64,000 nucleotides of DNA from Anthoceros angustus (Eukaryota > Plantae > Anthocerotophyta). The stretch lies in NCBI GenBank assembly GCA_010909165.1, contig MU008158.1:831478-895477 (forward strand). The letters are read 5' to 3'. Every line of letters starts with the position of its first letter. Position 1 is the first letter of the stretch. Positions 1 to 12,926 of this stretch are shown in pieces. The position numbers and the translations under genes were made by a program. The notes below the pieces were generated by a model. It saw only the letters and a list, made by a program, of their open reading frames with translations. It was not told the DNA's origin and made no database searches.

Positions 1-39
1 ACACAATCCAACAGGAGTTTCCAATACGGATCGTTTACA
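1..39 (-). repeat. 3' LTR of the gypsy element (partial)
   Basis: Near-identical to 5690-5730. Starts TGTAAACGAT on -, directly after a purine tract. Confidence 0.85.
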
Positions 40-54
40 TACTCCCTTCTCATT
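40..54 (-). promoter_or_regulatory. Polypurine tract
   Basis: AATGAGAAGGGAGTA on - abutting the LTR start TGT. Confidence 0.75.
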
Positions 55-79
55 TGTTGGCGCCCTCGCCAACTCATGT

Positions 80-250
80 ATATATTTCTTGACTCTCCAA
101 CCGTTGACCTGGTTGGTAGTTGCCAATCTAGCTGTTGGGTATGGAGCCATTTGCGAAAACTTCAAGGACTTTATATGGCCCCATCCATGAAGGTGAAGCT
201 TGCAGAAAGTGCATATATCTGTTGTCATATGGTAGGTCCAAGTCACGGTA
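80..250 (-). pseudogene. Integrase C-terminal GPY/F-module remnant
   Basis: Frameshifted translation DL..YDNRYMHF..KLHL.WMGPYKVLEVFANGSI...VNGWRVKKY fits the Athila/Tat integrase tail. Confidence 0.75.
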
Positions 251-461
251 CCACCCACAACCTTTCTCTTCCGTCGGTCCCTCGATATAAGTCTGTGGCG
301 GACAAATGGACTCGAATAATGCCGAGGCATCTTGTTGTTGCCTTGAAAGGTCAGGGGATGCTGCCCGATTCAGAACTCAAATATTTACGAATAAGTAGGC
401 CTGGTGTATCCGGATCTCCCTTCTCATTCTTGCCGTACCACCATCACTTGCCGTCTTCCGA

Positions 462-1140
462 TTACGCGGGCCGCTTCCCCTCCATCTCGCGAACAACGCT
501 TCGCCGGGAGAACTTCCACATCCGTCCCACCACCTTCCACAATGCGTTCCACCTTCCACTACGCAGTAGTACCTTCCACACCGGTCGATCAGCTGTCACT
601 CCATAACAACCCACGGTGATGGAGTGGGGAATGTCTCTTGATAGTCCGCTCTTCATCCGACCAAGAAATGTGGGCAAGCGGAACTTCTCTTTCTCATCCT
701 CCTCCCCAAATGTGTCTTCTACAGAGGTATAACCATCTGTTTCCGTGGGCGTCTCTCCTGCGTACGTATCTCGACTCCAAGATAAACATATCCTCCCTTC
801 CTTAACCTTGGGGTCCCAGTCCAGAGGTTTGAAGCCCACTTCCTTCCTTGCCCACTTGAAGGTACAGCGCGCCCCATACATCCACGTCCGGCCAATCAAA
901 ACGTCATATCCAGGAGCTTTCTGTTTGATGACCACATAGTCCATAAGGTACGGAATGGTACCAATATGGGTTAGAACTCCAGTCAGCTCCCCCACCGGTG
1001 TCATCCTGGACATGTCCGCAAGACGCAGCACCTTGGATGTGTGTTCTATCTCCATTAACTTGTGTCCTCCGTCATGATGTTGACCCCGGACCCGAATCCA
1101 GGTACTTTCTTGATAACGCATCCGAGATTTCTATCTGCAG
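462..1140 (-). pseudogene. Retrotransposon aspartic protease (frameshifted)
   Basis: Catalytic LDSG..GVNIM motif recoverable across 1-bp indels near 1075-1105. LRLADMSRMTPVG and YDVLIGRTW also present. Confidence 0.8.
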
Positions 1141-2039
1141 CTCCGGGACCTTGGTCACCATGGCCACCATGTTCACGGCAAGGGGCCTCGGCCTTGTTTT
1201 GGGAAGGTCGCCTCTTCTTGGGTTGTCTTGCCTTCAATGCCCACGGATCTGTGGCGGTACCTCGGATTGTCCACGAGCTGTCCAAATGTTATCATGAATT
1301 TTGGTCCATGATGGCCTCCGATTGAAAGGACATTGTGTTCTCCTTCTCGCTTGCTCCCCACTCCGTTTCAACAACCACGGTAGCTCCACAGTGTCGCGTT
1401 GAGCAGCCATGGCGGTTGGGTGGGTGGGTGGTGGTGGTGGTGGTGGTGGTCTCCGGTTCTCTCGGATCATCTCCATGACTTCCTTCGACATCGGCGGAAA
1501 CCCTAACTCATCCTTTTTTCCTTGGTTTTCGCGGATCGCGATTCGAGTTCACCCCCATCGGCTCCCTCCTTCTTCCTTCTTCCCTCTCCGCAATCCCTCG
1601 AGTTTGGACAAGACATATCCTCCCTTCCTTCTTCCCTCTCCGCAATCCCTCGAGTTTGGACAAGACATATCCTCCCTTCCTCCTCCTCCTCCTCCTCCTC
1701 TTCCTCGTAGCCAGTTGCACCTTGTTTGTGGTTGGACCTCTTCCTTCGCGATGAAGCGACTTCCTCCTCACCTCAGATATGGAGGCTCCCAATCTTCCTT
1801 CTTTCTTTTCTTCCCCGTTCTCCCCTTAGGGTGTCGCCTTCCTCCTCCGTGTTGAGCAGCCATGGCGAGTTTCATAATACCCACTATCCATGTCCTCCAA
1901 TCCCTCAAACTTCTCAACATGTTGGCCTCGGAATCCTCCCACACCGCCATGAGCGCATCTTGACTTGCATCACGTAGCTTTTTCTCCATGGGTGGGTGGG
2001 TTGCCGTGAGGGGTTGAGCAATCCTCACATGTTTTTCGG

Positions 2040-3345
2040 CGGAGGACACGCCGCCACGTGACGATTGCTTGCAATCCACACAGACCTCTCAAAATCACCA
2101 TTCCTGGCGAGATGCGGAGGGCTGCAAGATGCGAACCCTCGGCAATTGTAACGAATGGCACTCATTTGCCGGGGTTCCTTGCCATCGATTGCGAATGCCC
2201 ATGTGGGTTTTCGTAAACTTGAGGGGTACAAAGTCTTGGTGCAAAATTTCGCCTCTTGAATTTGGTATGTATCTTCCAAGCACATCTCCTCCTCCTCTTC
2301 CTCGTAGCCAGTGGTTGCACTTTTGTTTGTGGGCAGTTCGACCTCGAGTGCCCTGCATCCACAAGTTGAGCGAGAAGAGATTCGCCGCTCCGTAGCAACC
2401 CTTCTTCTATCGTGGTCCTTGATGGCATTAAGATGGAGTTTCTCGGTTTGACCATCATTTCCTCCATCTTGTTCCCTTGTTGCTCCACCTTTTTGGCTGT
2501 TTCCACCTCTCTTCTCACACTCCGCGTCCTTCGTGCATATAGCGGCTCCTTCCCTTTTGCACGTCGTCTTGTTTCCCACTCATTTTTCCTTCTTCCTTCT
2601 ATCCCTTGACGCTCACCTTCGAATTCTCCTCCGAATCCTGGTCTCTTCTTCCGTGGAACTATCAGGAGTCTGAGAGCTATCTCCTCCGTGGGCTGTCATC
2701 GGAGGATGAGTAGTACTTCTTCTTCTTCTTGTATTTCTTCTTGTCCTTCCGCGCCCTTGTTGAGTTCTTCTTTCTCTTCGCGTTGGACTCCTCATAGTTC
2801 GAGCGGCCTTGATCGCCGATCCAAATCTTTCTCGGCTTGGAGGCGTCGTGCTTCCCATCTCCGCCCAATCCTCTTGCAAACCGGTGAATGGCCATTAGCT
2901 CAGTGCGGACCGGCCCGATCCGTGGTGTGGAACCTTTCCACATAAGCTGCGGTGTCTCCTTCTTCCCTCTCCGCAATCCCTCGAGTTTGGACAAGACATA
3001 TCCTTCCACATCGACCCCTCAGACCTTTCACAAAAGCTCTCTTCAAGGCCCCAAAGGTAGGCGGGGTGTGGCGGAAGCTATGTACTCGCTTGTACCACTT
3101 GGCGCGCTCCGTAAGACTCCATAAAGCAGTGGGCACGATCGCATCCTCACGGTTGTGGCGTCGGTGCTCAAAGCTCGACAAACTCGTCGGGATCCTCATG
3201 GCCCTTCTTTTCTCCATACAGCGGGTAAGATTGCTTAGTGGTAACAAACGAGATAGCCATAACTACCGTGGTAGTACTTTCAGCAGCTGCGGTGGTTGGC
3301 CACTAAATGCGGGACCTCTACATTCACAGTTGGTGGACCGGTGGT
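2040..3345 (-). pseudogene. Retrotransposon Gag (capsid plus CCHC zinc-knuckle remnants), frameshifted
   Basis: SLTERAKWY..TFGALKRAF, YVLSKLEGLRRGKKET/AAYVERF, and YNCRG..H and MDCKQ..HVAACP fragments. Boundaries approximate. Confidence 0.72.
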
Positions 3346-3660
3346 CTAGGCAATGGAGCGAGATCAAAGACAAGGTGGGATCGGTACGGCCCTTGTACCG
3401 CTTCTAGTCGAGAGTTGGGAATCGAATCGATAAGATCGATCCCTAGTTCGAGTTGACTCCACTCCCCTCTTCCTCGTCCGGTGTGATCTCCGCCCTGCTC
3501 TCCTCGTAACTCTGCAATCTTTCCGCTGCTTGGCGTTGCCGTCTTGCGAGCGTTTCCCCAGTCGGATCGAATCGCTTGTCTCCACGAGGCATCCATCTAT
3601 CAATCTAGTAATGCTAGACTCTACTTAGGCTATGGTTAGTTCTACCTCGTCCTTGATTCA

Positions 3661-3675
3661 TTCCCGACAGCGCCA
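3661..3675 (-). promoter_or_regulatory. Primer-binding site (tRNA identity not assigned)
   Basis: TGGCGCTGTCGGGAA on -, 3 nt after the LTR end ...CTCCACA. Confidence 0.7.
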
Positions 3676-3678
3676 AAA

Positions 3679-5730
3679 TGTGGAGTGTGAATTTGTGTCT
3701 AGGGACACCGTGAGGTCCACATTCACCCTCAATGTCGTTGTAGGCTTAGGATTCGCTCCCAAGGGAATGGTTTGTGCCAAGAGGCGCTAACTTCTATCGC
3801 TCGACCTTCACCTAAGTCGGGACTTACTTACTTGCTATTACTCCTCTTACCTATCTACTCAACTACTACTACTACCTCCCGACTTGTCTAACTACCACGA
3901 TCTTATTCCACGACCGCAAATCTTATTCCACGCGGTGGCTCTCACCACTAGGGTAGTTGCTTGACTACCGAGGTGGGTCCCACGCCAAACCCTAGCGACT
4001 TATTTCCGGCGCCGCGCTGCCCAGGCGTCCGCCCGTACGGATCGGACTTTATTGCACTCCACACTTCATGCACACACACACCGATTCCTAGGGACCAAAG
4101 TTCCACAAATCCCTCACGCTCACACACACACACAAAGGCGCCACACTCACACAATTTTACAAGGAACTGTTTCCCTTGTGCACACTTCCATGACCGGTTT
4201 GGATTCTTTTGGATCCACACAAATCTCCACTGTTAGTCTCTCAATTAGTTCCCCTTCTCAACTCCTCTTACACCTCGCATCGCGTACAGTGTTAGTCACT
4301 CCTTCACCCAATCTTCTCTCTCTCTCTCTCTCTCCCTCAATTCGCCCGCAGGCTTCCAACCATCCACTCAACACTTCTCTCTCAATTTCGGAACACAACT
4401 AACAGGAACAAGGGTGAAGGAAAGAAGAACCCCCGGGCGTCACAGCAGGCGTTACGAGCAAGCTCCAGACCCGCCCCGCGCCAATCCCTTGGTTTCCTCC
4501 TCCTTTGTCAGCAAGATTGCTCTATCACCCCTCCTCCCCCAGTTGCGGAGCAAGCTCTCGACCACCCCTAGGAGCGTCTCGCGCACACCACCTCTGTCAA
4601 TCGGACGTCTCCAACCAGCCACAGGCAGCGTGGGGATCTCAACCAGGAGTTATCTGATGTGAGGGGCACAACCAAGCCCCTTTATACAATTGCTGGGGCG
4701 TCATAGCCACCAGACTTTCCAGGTCCTAAAAACGGCTGAACGCGAAGAGGCGCCCCTACAATTTCGGACGGCCTTAGGTCCAGGATGGCATCCTATCCAA
4801 AGTTCTATTCCTAGGATGCCACTACTCCCCATGTTATCTCCGCACTCCCCTCCGATTTGGTCGCTGGCCCTTCGTCCTTTCTTTGAATTTATGGGTCCTC
4901 CTTCCTCGTTGTTGATCTGGAAAATCCTCCCATAAACTCTCCACTGTTTTTCCATGATCCCAAGTCCCAGCTCCCTCACCAATCCTCCACCTCGGACCCT
5001 CCAATGGTCCATATTTGGCCATTGGGCAGTCGAAATTTCTGCTGCAACCTTGGGCGCCATGCTCCTGCAAAACCCTCACTGCCCACAGCGCCTCGAATTG
5101 CTGATAACTCGCCTCAGAATCTCCAACTTGGTCAATCCCCCCAGGGTTTCTTCCTTCCAGGAATCGCGAGCTCCCGCCGCCACCAGGGCCTGCCCTTTAC
5201 AGCCTCGTGCCAGAGCTCGTGCCCTGTCAGGGATCGTCTGGAGCTACCCCGCTGCCGCCGCGCCTCGTGCCTTTCCGAGTTCCCTTAGGGTTATATTTCC
5301 CCGGAAACTCGATGGCCGCTACCACTTCTTCTTCATGACCGCTCCTTCCTTCCACGACCGCCCGGCCGTTCGCCAACCGTCTTGAAACATAGTCCTTGAC
5401 CCTCGGCGACCACACAGTTCAACTACCGCCCGGTTGGTTCGACCTCTAGCCTACGGACCTCGCCAAATATGGGGACCCCCCCCATATATAGGCCTTTTAT
5501 TAAATATTCCAAGACCAAAGGCCAAGGAGTATCGAGTTCATAGTCCAAGGACCGATTATTATTTAACCCAGAAACAACCCCAAAACTCATAGGCCAAGGA
5601 CACTTTCTACTATAAATATCCCTTCCTACTCATAACCTAGCTCTTCTTGACACCAAACTTAACAAAAAAAAACAAAAAATCACTCAAAGACACAATCCAA
5701 CAGGGAGTTTCCAATACCAGATCGTTTACA
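3679..5730 (-). repeat. 5' LTR (~2.05 kb) of the gypsy element
   Basis: TGT..ACA termini, adjacent PBS, TATA-like TGTATAAA at 4681-4688 on -. Flank CTCAC (5731-5735) is the predicted TSD. Confidence 0.82.
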
Positions 5731-6894
5731 CTCACGGTGGCAAAAAGATCATAAACTTGGAATAGAAACAATGAGGAAACATGTATAAAGGAAACAAAAA
5801 CATAGGACATTAGTCACTTACTTTTCAATTTCGTTTTTACGGTCATGTTTTGCATTTGTATTGGTATGAGGAACAAACTCTCGTTATCTCTTCATAATTA
5901 TTTCCAAATCCTTCATGTTCTCTAACATCTAAACATACATAGAAACGTAACAGACATGGAAAATGAACATTGAAGCTTGGCTTGCTTTGTATGATAGTCA
6001 TGATAGTGCTATAACAAATTTTGCCCACTAAAAAAATCCGCGTGCAACTTTGATCATGTAAATTGAAATTATGATTGAAATTATCGGGGACAACTAATAT
6101 TGTTCAGGCTAGAAGTTGCAAATGGTGAGTGCCTACATGGAGATATCAATCATGCCGGTATGGATGTCGTCTACCATTTACTGCAGTTGATCTCTTTCTA
6201 TATGCTTGCTTAATTTGGCTTGTGTCACTACCAATTCGCGCGCAAACTTATGCGCGCACTTACATCTAAACAGTCTCCAACATCTGGCAATCATCGCCAG
6301 GTGTTGGACGTATACAAACATTTAATTCTGGTGCGCAAACTTGTTTGCGCACCTACCTTTCATTCATACTAGTCAATCCTATGACTATACTCTCGCTCCG
6401 AGAATTTTACAGGGCTTTGTTCCTTAGACATTGGGACAATAATATCTTCTTTGGCCTGATGCTCTTGATCCATGTCTAGTGCGAGAATGAGAGTGGCATG
6501 GTCTGCACTTAGAGCTGGGCCCACGCCAAACGTCTCAAGATTCAAAAGATGCAAAAGGTTCTCACTACTAGTTCAAAGTTTTAACCACTAGAAAAAGATG
6601 AGGTTAAGTAAAGATAAGAACATATCCACATTAGGGTGCTGCACAAAAAAGGTTGAAAACGTCGAAAGGAACCCTTTAAAACAACAAAAATATCAAAATA
6701 AATACAAAAAAATGCAAAACTTTTTCAAAATTTTAGAGCAAGTGCGCGCACTTGCCTCAAAAAACTGGCCTTTTTGTAATTTTTTAAGGGGTTTTTAGGG
6801 TTTTTTTAGACTTTTTGCTCTTTTTTTCTTTGGATGACCGTCTGGGAATGCACTAGGAGGCATGAACCATTTGGGTTCATGCTCCCAGGCCCTT

Positions 6895-7135
6895 CTTGAC
6901 CTTGGGTGCGCACACTTGTGTGCACACTTGGCCTCCTTGCCCGGGTGCGCACAAGTGCAGCGCGCGCACTTATGCGCGCACAAGTGTGCGCACTCGGCCC
7001 TCCTTGGTGCACGCACAAGTGTGCGCACTCGGCCCTCCTTGCTCCCTGGTGTGCACACCGAGGCCCCCTTGCCCCGTGGTGCGCGCACTTGTGCGCGCAC
7101 CCAGGCCCCCTTGCCCCCTGGTGCATGCACTTGTT
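6895..7135. repeat. Array of palindromic TGCGCAC(A)AGTG / CACTT(G/A)TG(C/T)GC motifs
   Basis: Many copies in both orientations separated by GGCCC(T/C)CCTTG spacers. Related copies near 6237, 6330, 6748 and 7436. Confidence 0.7.
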
Positions 7136-7851
7136 CACCCAGCTGGGCCCCCCTGGCATGTTTGATGATAACCCGGTACTAGGTCACCACCGAAAGAGAC
7201 GGAAACACCGTAAAGAATAAAAAGGGGATAAGGTGTTCTTCGTCGCATTAGGGCATAGGATAGGTATATAAGAGTGGTATAGGTAAACCTCCGCCGATGT
7301 GTGCTACTTGTTATTTTGTCGGGAGTTCGGGCACATCCTCAGACCGCCAAAAGGACATGCTTCCCCATTAGAAGATCATTTTTCGCGTTCTTTTTGCACA
7401 GTGCATGCACAAGTTTGCACATAGCGTTGTTTAGGCGCGCACTTATGCGCGCCTAGGCCTCAGTATACAAAACATACAAAACCACACAAAAATGCGAAAC
7501 TACGGACATGACGAAATTATGGAACAATAAGGTCACTGGCCCTTCATCACACCGACTAAATCGCCATGAACCTGAGTATAAGGTGCCAGCGCGGTGTAAA
7601 TGACTCGACAGGAAATGGTGCACCTAGAATGCCCGAAACCGATGGATGAACATGTCATGCCGTGTGATGCTAATCTCTGCACTTGGGTTTAGTGTTTGAT
7701 TAGCATTAATTAATCTAATTACTTATCTTTAAGTAAGTAATTAGTGTTAATTAATCTAAGATGCTTATGTTAATTAAGCATTAATTAGTGATAATAATCT
7801 AAGGTGCTTATGTTAATTAAGCGTTGATTAGTGTTAATTAAACATGGTTAG

Positions 7852-7999
7852 CAATAGCTAAGTGGATAAGCTCAAGTAATATGCTTTGGCATATTCCTTG
7901 CATATTATAATGTATTCTTAGGATACAATAGCTAAGTGGATAAGCTCAAGTAATATGCTTTGGCATATTCCTTGCATATTATAGTGTATTCTTAGGATA
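7852..7999. repeat. 74-bp tandem duplication in AT-rich LTR-like sequence
   Basis: caatagctaagtggataag...cttaggata twice, one mismatch. Confidence 0.9.
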
Positions 8000-9094
8000 T
8001 TTTTGGCATATCGATGCCAATAGGATTTCTTAGAATATCACGTGGTCTAGTATATATAGACCCTTCCATTGAGACAAGCTCGGATCATAGCTTGTCCTCT
8101 AGATATGCTCTGTCTGAGAGCGTTGTAAGGAGGCCAAAGCTATGACTCCGAGAGCGATGTGTGAGGAATTTGCGTGTTGTTCTCGTGGGGAGAGTGTGTT
8201 TGGTTGCACCTATATATCTGCGTATTAGATTTGTTTACTTGGTTGTTGGTCGAAGAAGTGCTTATATGAATTCAAGTGCTTACCTGGTGCGACAAACACC
8301 TAGAAAAACCAACAAAAACCAAACCAACTTCAGTTTCCGGCGAAATAGGGTTGGGATTTTTTCCAAAACCCCTTTTGACAAGAGAAACCCCTTTCTAAAC
8401 AGACGCTGTTTATTTCTTGTCTTTACACCAACAATTTAAGAAGTAACCACTTTCGTTGAGGAAGTTGCAAAGCAGACGTTTTTTTTCTTTGGATAAGAAC
8501 TCCTAGGTTGAAGACAAATTTGCCGCACTAATTTTTGTTGGTGACTCCTCCCACAGCTTTAGCTGTTGTACCTGGATTGCTACATACGAGTTTGGATCCA
8601 AAACCAGAGGCCTTGGTTAGGCCTCCAAGTTGGTATTTATAAGCACACGAGTCCCACGTGTGAACGGGCATGTTTGAGACGTAGGGTTTTTATCCACATA
8701 TAATGCCTAATCTAGAAGGGATTTAAGGTTATCCCATCTTGAACATATCTCGTGCCATCAAGCTCTCTTTCCATAAAACCCCGGCCTCCCAATTCCATTC
8801 TACCGAACTAGTGACATGTTGGGATCAGGTTTTTTTTGGGCAAGCTCCCTAATTAAGCTCGCGTTGCTCCCAACATTTGCGATGCCCTTGTAAGAGCAAG
8901 AACTTGGTGAGAAAAAAAAAATTATATCAAACTTCGTCATGGAGCCCTTCGATGCTTGGATCCTATGTTACGTAGCACCTATTTGTTGTTGGTGTTGCGG
9001 CATGAAATATGGGCTGAAGGTTTTATCCTCCATGGCGAGCTTTGCAACATAGTCTCCATTTTTGTCGACTTGCTATCTGCTTTGCGAGCAAGCC

Positions 9095-9975
9095 TAAAAC
9101 GGCTTACAATAAGGGGCGACCAAAGGACTTCATAAAAGCTAACTTCGAAAGGTTTTACAATAGGGTTTGAAGGGCTTTACAACAAGAGTGTCACGAAACC
9201 ATCTCGGTAATAATCCGACTTGCAATTTGGGATCACTTAACCAAGAAGTTCCCATCCCAATATTGATCCGACATTTATTGCGGGAAATCCCGAAAAGCCT
9301 TATAATGAAGAGCGCCGAAGGGCTTTACAACATGTAGGCCACCAAGGGCCAAGAGTAATGGGGGATAGCACCCCATCCGAGTCGGATTAATGGGTCCCAA
9401 AGGGTCTACAAGATGTAGGCCACCAAGGGCCAAGAGTAATTGCCCATAGATGGTACCCCTTCGCGGTATCCGATCGAGCCCAAGAGTAATTGACAATGGA
9501 TAGCAGCTCATCCGAATAGTAATCTCTTTTTGCCGGCAAGCCCAAAAGGCCTTACAATAAGGGCCCCCAAAGGACTTCACAAAAACTAACTTTGAAAGGC
9601 CCCAAAGGACTTTACAAAAGCTAACTTCCAAAGGCTTTATAATAGGACCTGAAGAGCTTTACAATAGGCATGCCATGAAGCCATCTCTGTAATAATCCGA
9701 CTTGCGATCTCTTAACCAAGAAGTTCCCATCCTGAATATGATCCGACCAAGGGTTCGTTTAACTAGAGAGTTCTAATGAACTCATAGAGGCGGAGTTCCA
9801 ATCCCGATAGTGATGCGACCAAAGTCATTTAACAAGGAAGTTTGAATGAACTCATGAGTTTGGTTAGCTACTCTAGGGAGGATTTTGAAAAGAAAGCTAA
9901 TCTGACTAAAGTTGTTTAAGCAGGGAGTTCTAATAAACTCATAGGTGAAGTATCACTCTTAAGGGAGGAAGTTTA
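9095..9975. repeat. Degenerate repeat-rich TE remnant
   Basis: 9095-9270 resembles 9545-9750. Recurrent gctttacaa/atccgac/gagttc motifs. Related sequence at 29590-29800. Confidence 0.55.
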
Positions 9976-10181
9976 AAAGTAAATTAAAAAGTGGAAGGCT
10001 GAATCAGCTATCCAAACTGTGTACATATGTATATCATGTGGGATATTGGCCCACCGCACTTCCGGTGCGCCATTGTGATCGGATTATGCGAGCGAGTTGC
10101 CATTGATAATAGGTAAATGATTTTTAAATACCTCTTATAATATATACCTATTTTGAACGGAAATTGTACATATGTATCTAG

Positions 10182-10462
10182 CGCATGCGCTAATGCTCAT
10201 TGTGCTCTTAATGCGAGCACAGAAACCAAAGAACCAACTCACCATGGTGAGCATGTCACACCGCAGCGGTCATGCCATCGCTCTCATCCACTCTCCCGTT
10301 CGGCGCGACGGCATTTCGCACGCCCGTCGCCGCTTCACTAACCCTAATGTAACGTATAATATAGCTATACCATATGTACTCTGTATTGTACCCATATGTC
10401 TACGTATTCCTGAACCCGTCTTTAGTTTGAAGAAGTGCAAACTCTGAAAGTGCCCTATCCCA
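10182..10462 (+). repeat. MULE left TIR
   Basis: Reverse complement of 13943-14214, roughly 90% identical by eye, one ~10-bp indel. Confidence 0.92.
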
Positions 10463-10531
10463 CGCGTTCGCGAGGCCAGGCTCCAAAGCTGGTCGTGATA
10501 GAGCAACAGAGAAGACAATCCCATAGATTTT

Positions 10532-12926
10532 ATGGATGAATCAATTCCGAGAAGGCCTGTGGGTGCCCCCATCCTGCCTCAGCCTTGCCCTTTTGAAGTG
10601 CAGAATCCGGGTCCCGGTCCTTTCTGTAAGGAGACATTGAATTGGCAGGATGGTGAGCATCTTGTCCGGCTGACGGTGACTCGTGTGAAACGTTGCTACA
10701 TTCCACGACGAGGTACCCGATTTCATTCTTTGGCGAAGAAGTTGACGTTCTTCCCCACCAAATTGATAAGGGCCAATGTTTGGACCAGATCTGGTGTGAG
10801 GCAAAGAGGAATTTCATCTACCACTCCTCGGCACTACATCAAGTTTGCTTGTGCTTATGGCTACCGAAAGCAAACTCCTCTGGATTTTGCAGTTTGTGCG
10901 GACATCACTAACAAGCCGAAGTTAGGCAAAGGGAGCAGGCGCTCCAAGATTGCTTGTGGAGAAAGCAAGAAACGTGGGTGCCAGTTTTTGTTGTTTGTAA
11001 CACAACTGGATATGTTTCCTGAGGTTGCTGAACTGAGACTACATCAAAGGGAGCACATTGATTCAACGGGAGAGTATTGTCATGGTTTGCTAGCGATTGA
11101 TTCAACTTCAAATTATACCCTTGCTCCTTACCTGTCCACAGCTAAGAAGGAGTGGGTGAAGTATAAAATGCTACATAAGACGACTGCTTTTCATATCCTA
11201 ATTGACCATGAGTCTGAGGTGTTTTTAAGGAAGCATCGTGATGTGCATGCAGTCCTTGAGCGAGATGATTTTTGGTTGCTTAGAGACATAAGGAATTTGC
11301 AGGCAGAGTTGGACTCCAGGGTGTGGCGATTCCATGTAAACGATGAGGTGAGTGTCAAGCTGTGGATGGATGTCCATAGGGAGGAGGTGTTTTTCCTTTG
11401 GAGAAGAACAAAGATGCCAAGGATTTTATGTTAGGCATCCAAAGCAGTTTTTATTCTGATCCATGTTGCGTTGGGGTCACAAGTCAGTGATATCTATGGA
11501 TGCCACATTTGGCACCAATGAATGGAAGTTCCAGATATTCACTCTGTTGGTTTTTTACGATCATTTTAACGGTATCCTCGCTTGGGTGATTACCAAGGCT
11601 GTATTTCCGCGATGGAATGCTTACGAGCAAGGATCTTTGCTACATAGGCATTGACCGCTTTTCGGTGAGCGATTGTATGGTGGAAATTAATGGCATCAAG
11701 GCTGTGTTTGGAAGTAACGTACTGGTTTTCTTGTGTCTATGGCATGTTCGGAGGGCTTGGCTGCGGTAATTGCTAAAAAAGGTGAAGGCACCCGACACCA
11801 GGCATGCAATTATGAAATCCTTACGTGATCATGCATATCGACATTGATGTCGGGGTAGAGGTAAACCAAGCATGCGTCCAAAGACTTGAACTGTTTTATG
11901 CTACCTTCCAGGAGTCTACTAGCACCTTTGTGAAGTATTTTAAAGACCAAAGGGGTTCTAACATGCTACAGTGGATTAAAGCAGTTAGGACAATTCCACA
12001 TGGACAAGGACAAGCACTCGTCCATAGAAGCATATCACAAACATAAATCGGATGTTTGCTCTCAAAACCCTTAATCGGCGATTGGATTGGCTGCTGCATA
12101 TTTTGTTCAAGAGGTTATGAGCACTTTTGGTATGTAGCCAGTGTAAGGCAGTTGGCATGCTTCGAAATTCCAAGCAATAGGACATTGTGCGGAGTGCTCT
12201 CCAAAAAGCAACAGCCATATTAGATAGCCATGTGGTCTTACCAACTCCAGACTCTCCAAATATTGCTTATGTCAACAGTCAGGACAATGGGAAAGCACAT
12301 AGATATATTGTGAGTGGTGCTGGAACCCCTTGGGGTTATTGTACATGTAAGCAAGGGACGCAAGGTTTCATGTGCAAACACCAGCTCAAGGTTATGCTGC
12401 TCATGGACAACATAGTCCCCACTCAAAAGCTGGTTGTTAGATATTCGAGGTTGCGCTTGCTCAAAAGCGAGTTCCAACACGACTTTACGCCCGATCTTGA
12501 AGGACACTTCCATGTGGGAGAATTTCCTCCCACATGGTAACAGGGACAAGTAGCCAAGGTGAGGCTGGCATTCCTGTTCTTGAGCAAGCAACCGTGTGCA
12601 CAGTAGGTAGATTGGAGACGTCTCCAAGTTTGGGAGCTTTGTGCCAGCAGTTGACACTCATTTTGGAAAAGTGGCCTTTTCTTGAGCAGCACGCGAAGGG
12701 CTTATTCCAGCAAATGATCAGACAACAAGAGGGCATGGGAGCTGGTGCAGTAGGTAACACCATGCTTCCAACACTACGAGTGCTAGCTGATAATAGCAAT
12801 TCAGATAACAACTTGAAAAGGAAGCCTTCTTTTTGGGAAAGAAGTAGTACTTGGAAGCTGCCATCTAAGAAGAAACAACCCACTTTCGTGGAGCTTGCTG
12901 GACGAGTGGACACCATTGTTCCGTAA
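10532..12926 (+). pseudogene. MULE (MudrA-like) transposase with stops and frameshifts
   Basis: SKKRGCQF..HQREH zinc-finger region, ISMDATFGTNEWKFQIFTLLV (DDE core), FLCLWHVRRAW (CxxH), CTCKQGTQGFMCKHQ (SWIM). Confidence 0.9.

Larger units (their letters stand above)
1..5730 (-). mobile_element. Ty3/gypsy (Athila/Tat-like) LTR retrotransposon, internally deleted and non-autonomous; 3' LTR runs off the left edge
   Basis: The same LTR terminus (acacaatccaacagg..ttccaatac..atcgtttaca) occurs at 1-39 and 5690-5730. PPT at 40-54, PBS-like site at 3661-3675. Gag, zinc-knuckle, protease and integrase C-terminal motifs on -. Confidence 0.88.

Noticed and set aside
4690-5415. ORFs within the gypsy LTR
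   Set aside because: Short, on both strands, no motifs; coding status unsupported.
6795-7220. Cys/His/Ala-rich ORFs in several frames
   Set aside because: Translation by-products of the palindromic repeat array.
10172-10447. Paired similar ORFs here and at 13975-14202
   Set aside because: They are translations of the two TIRs.
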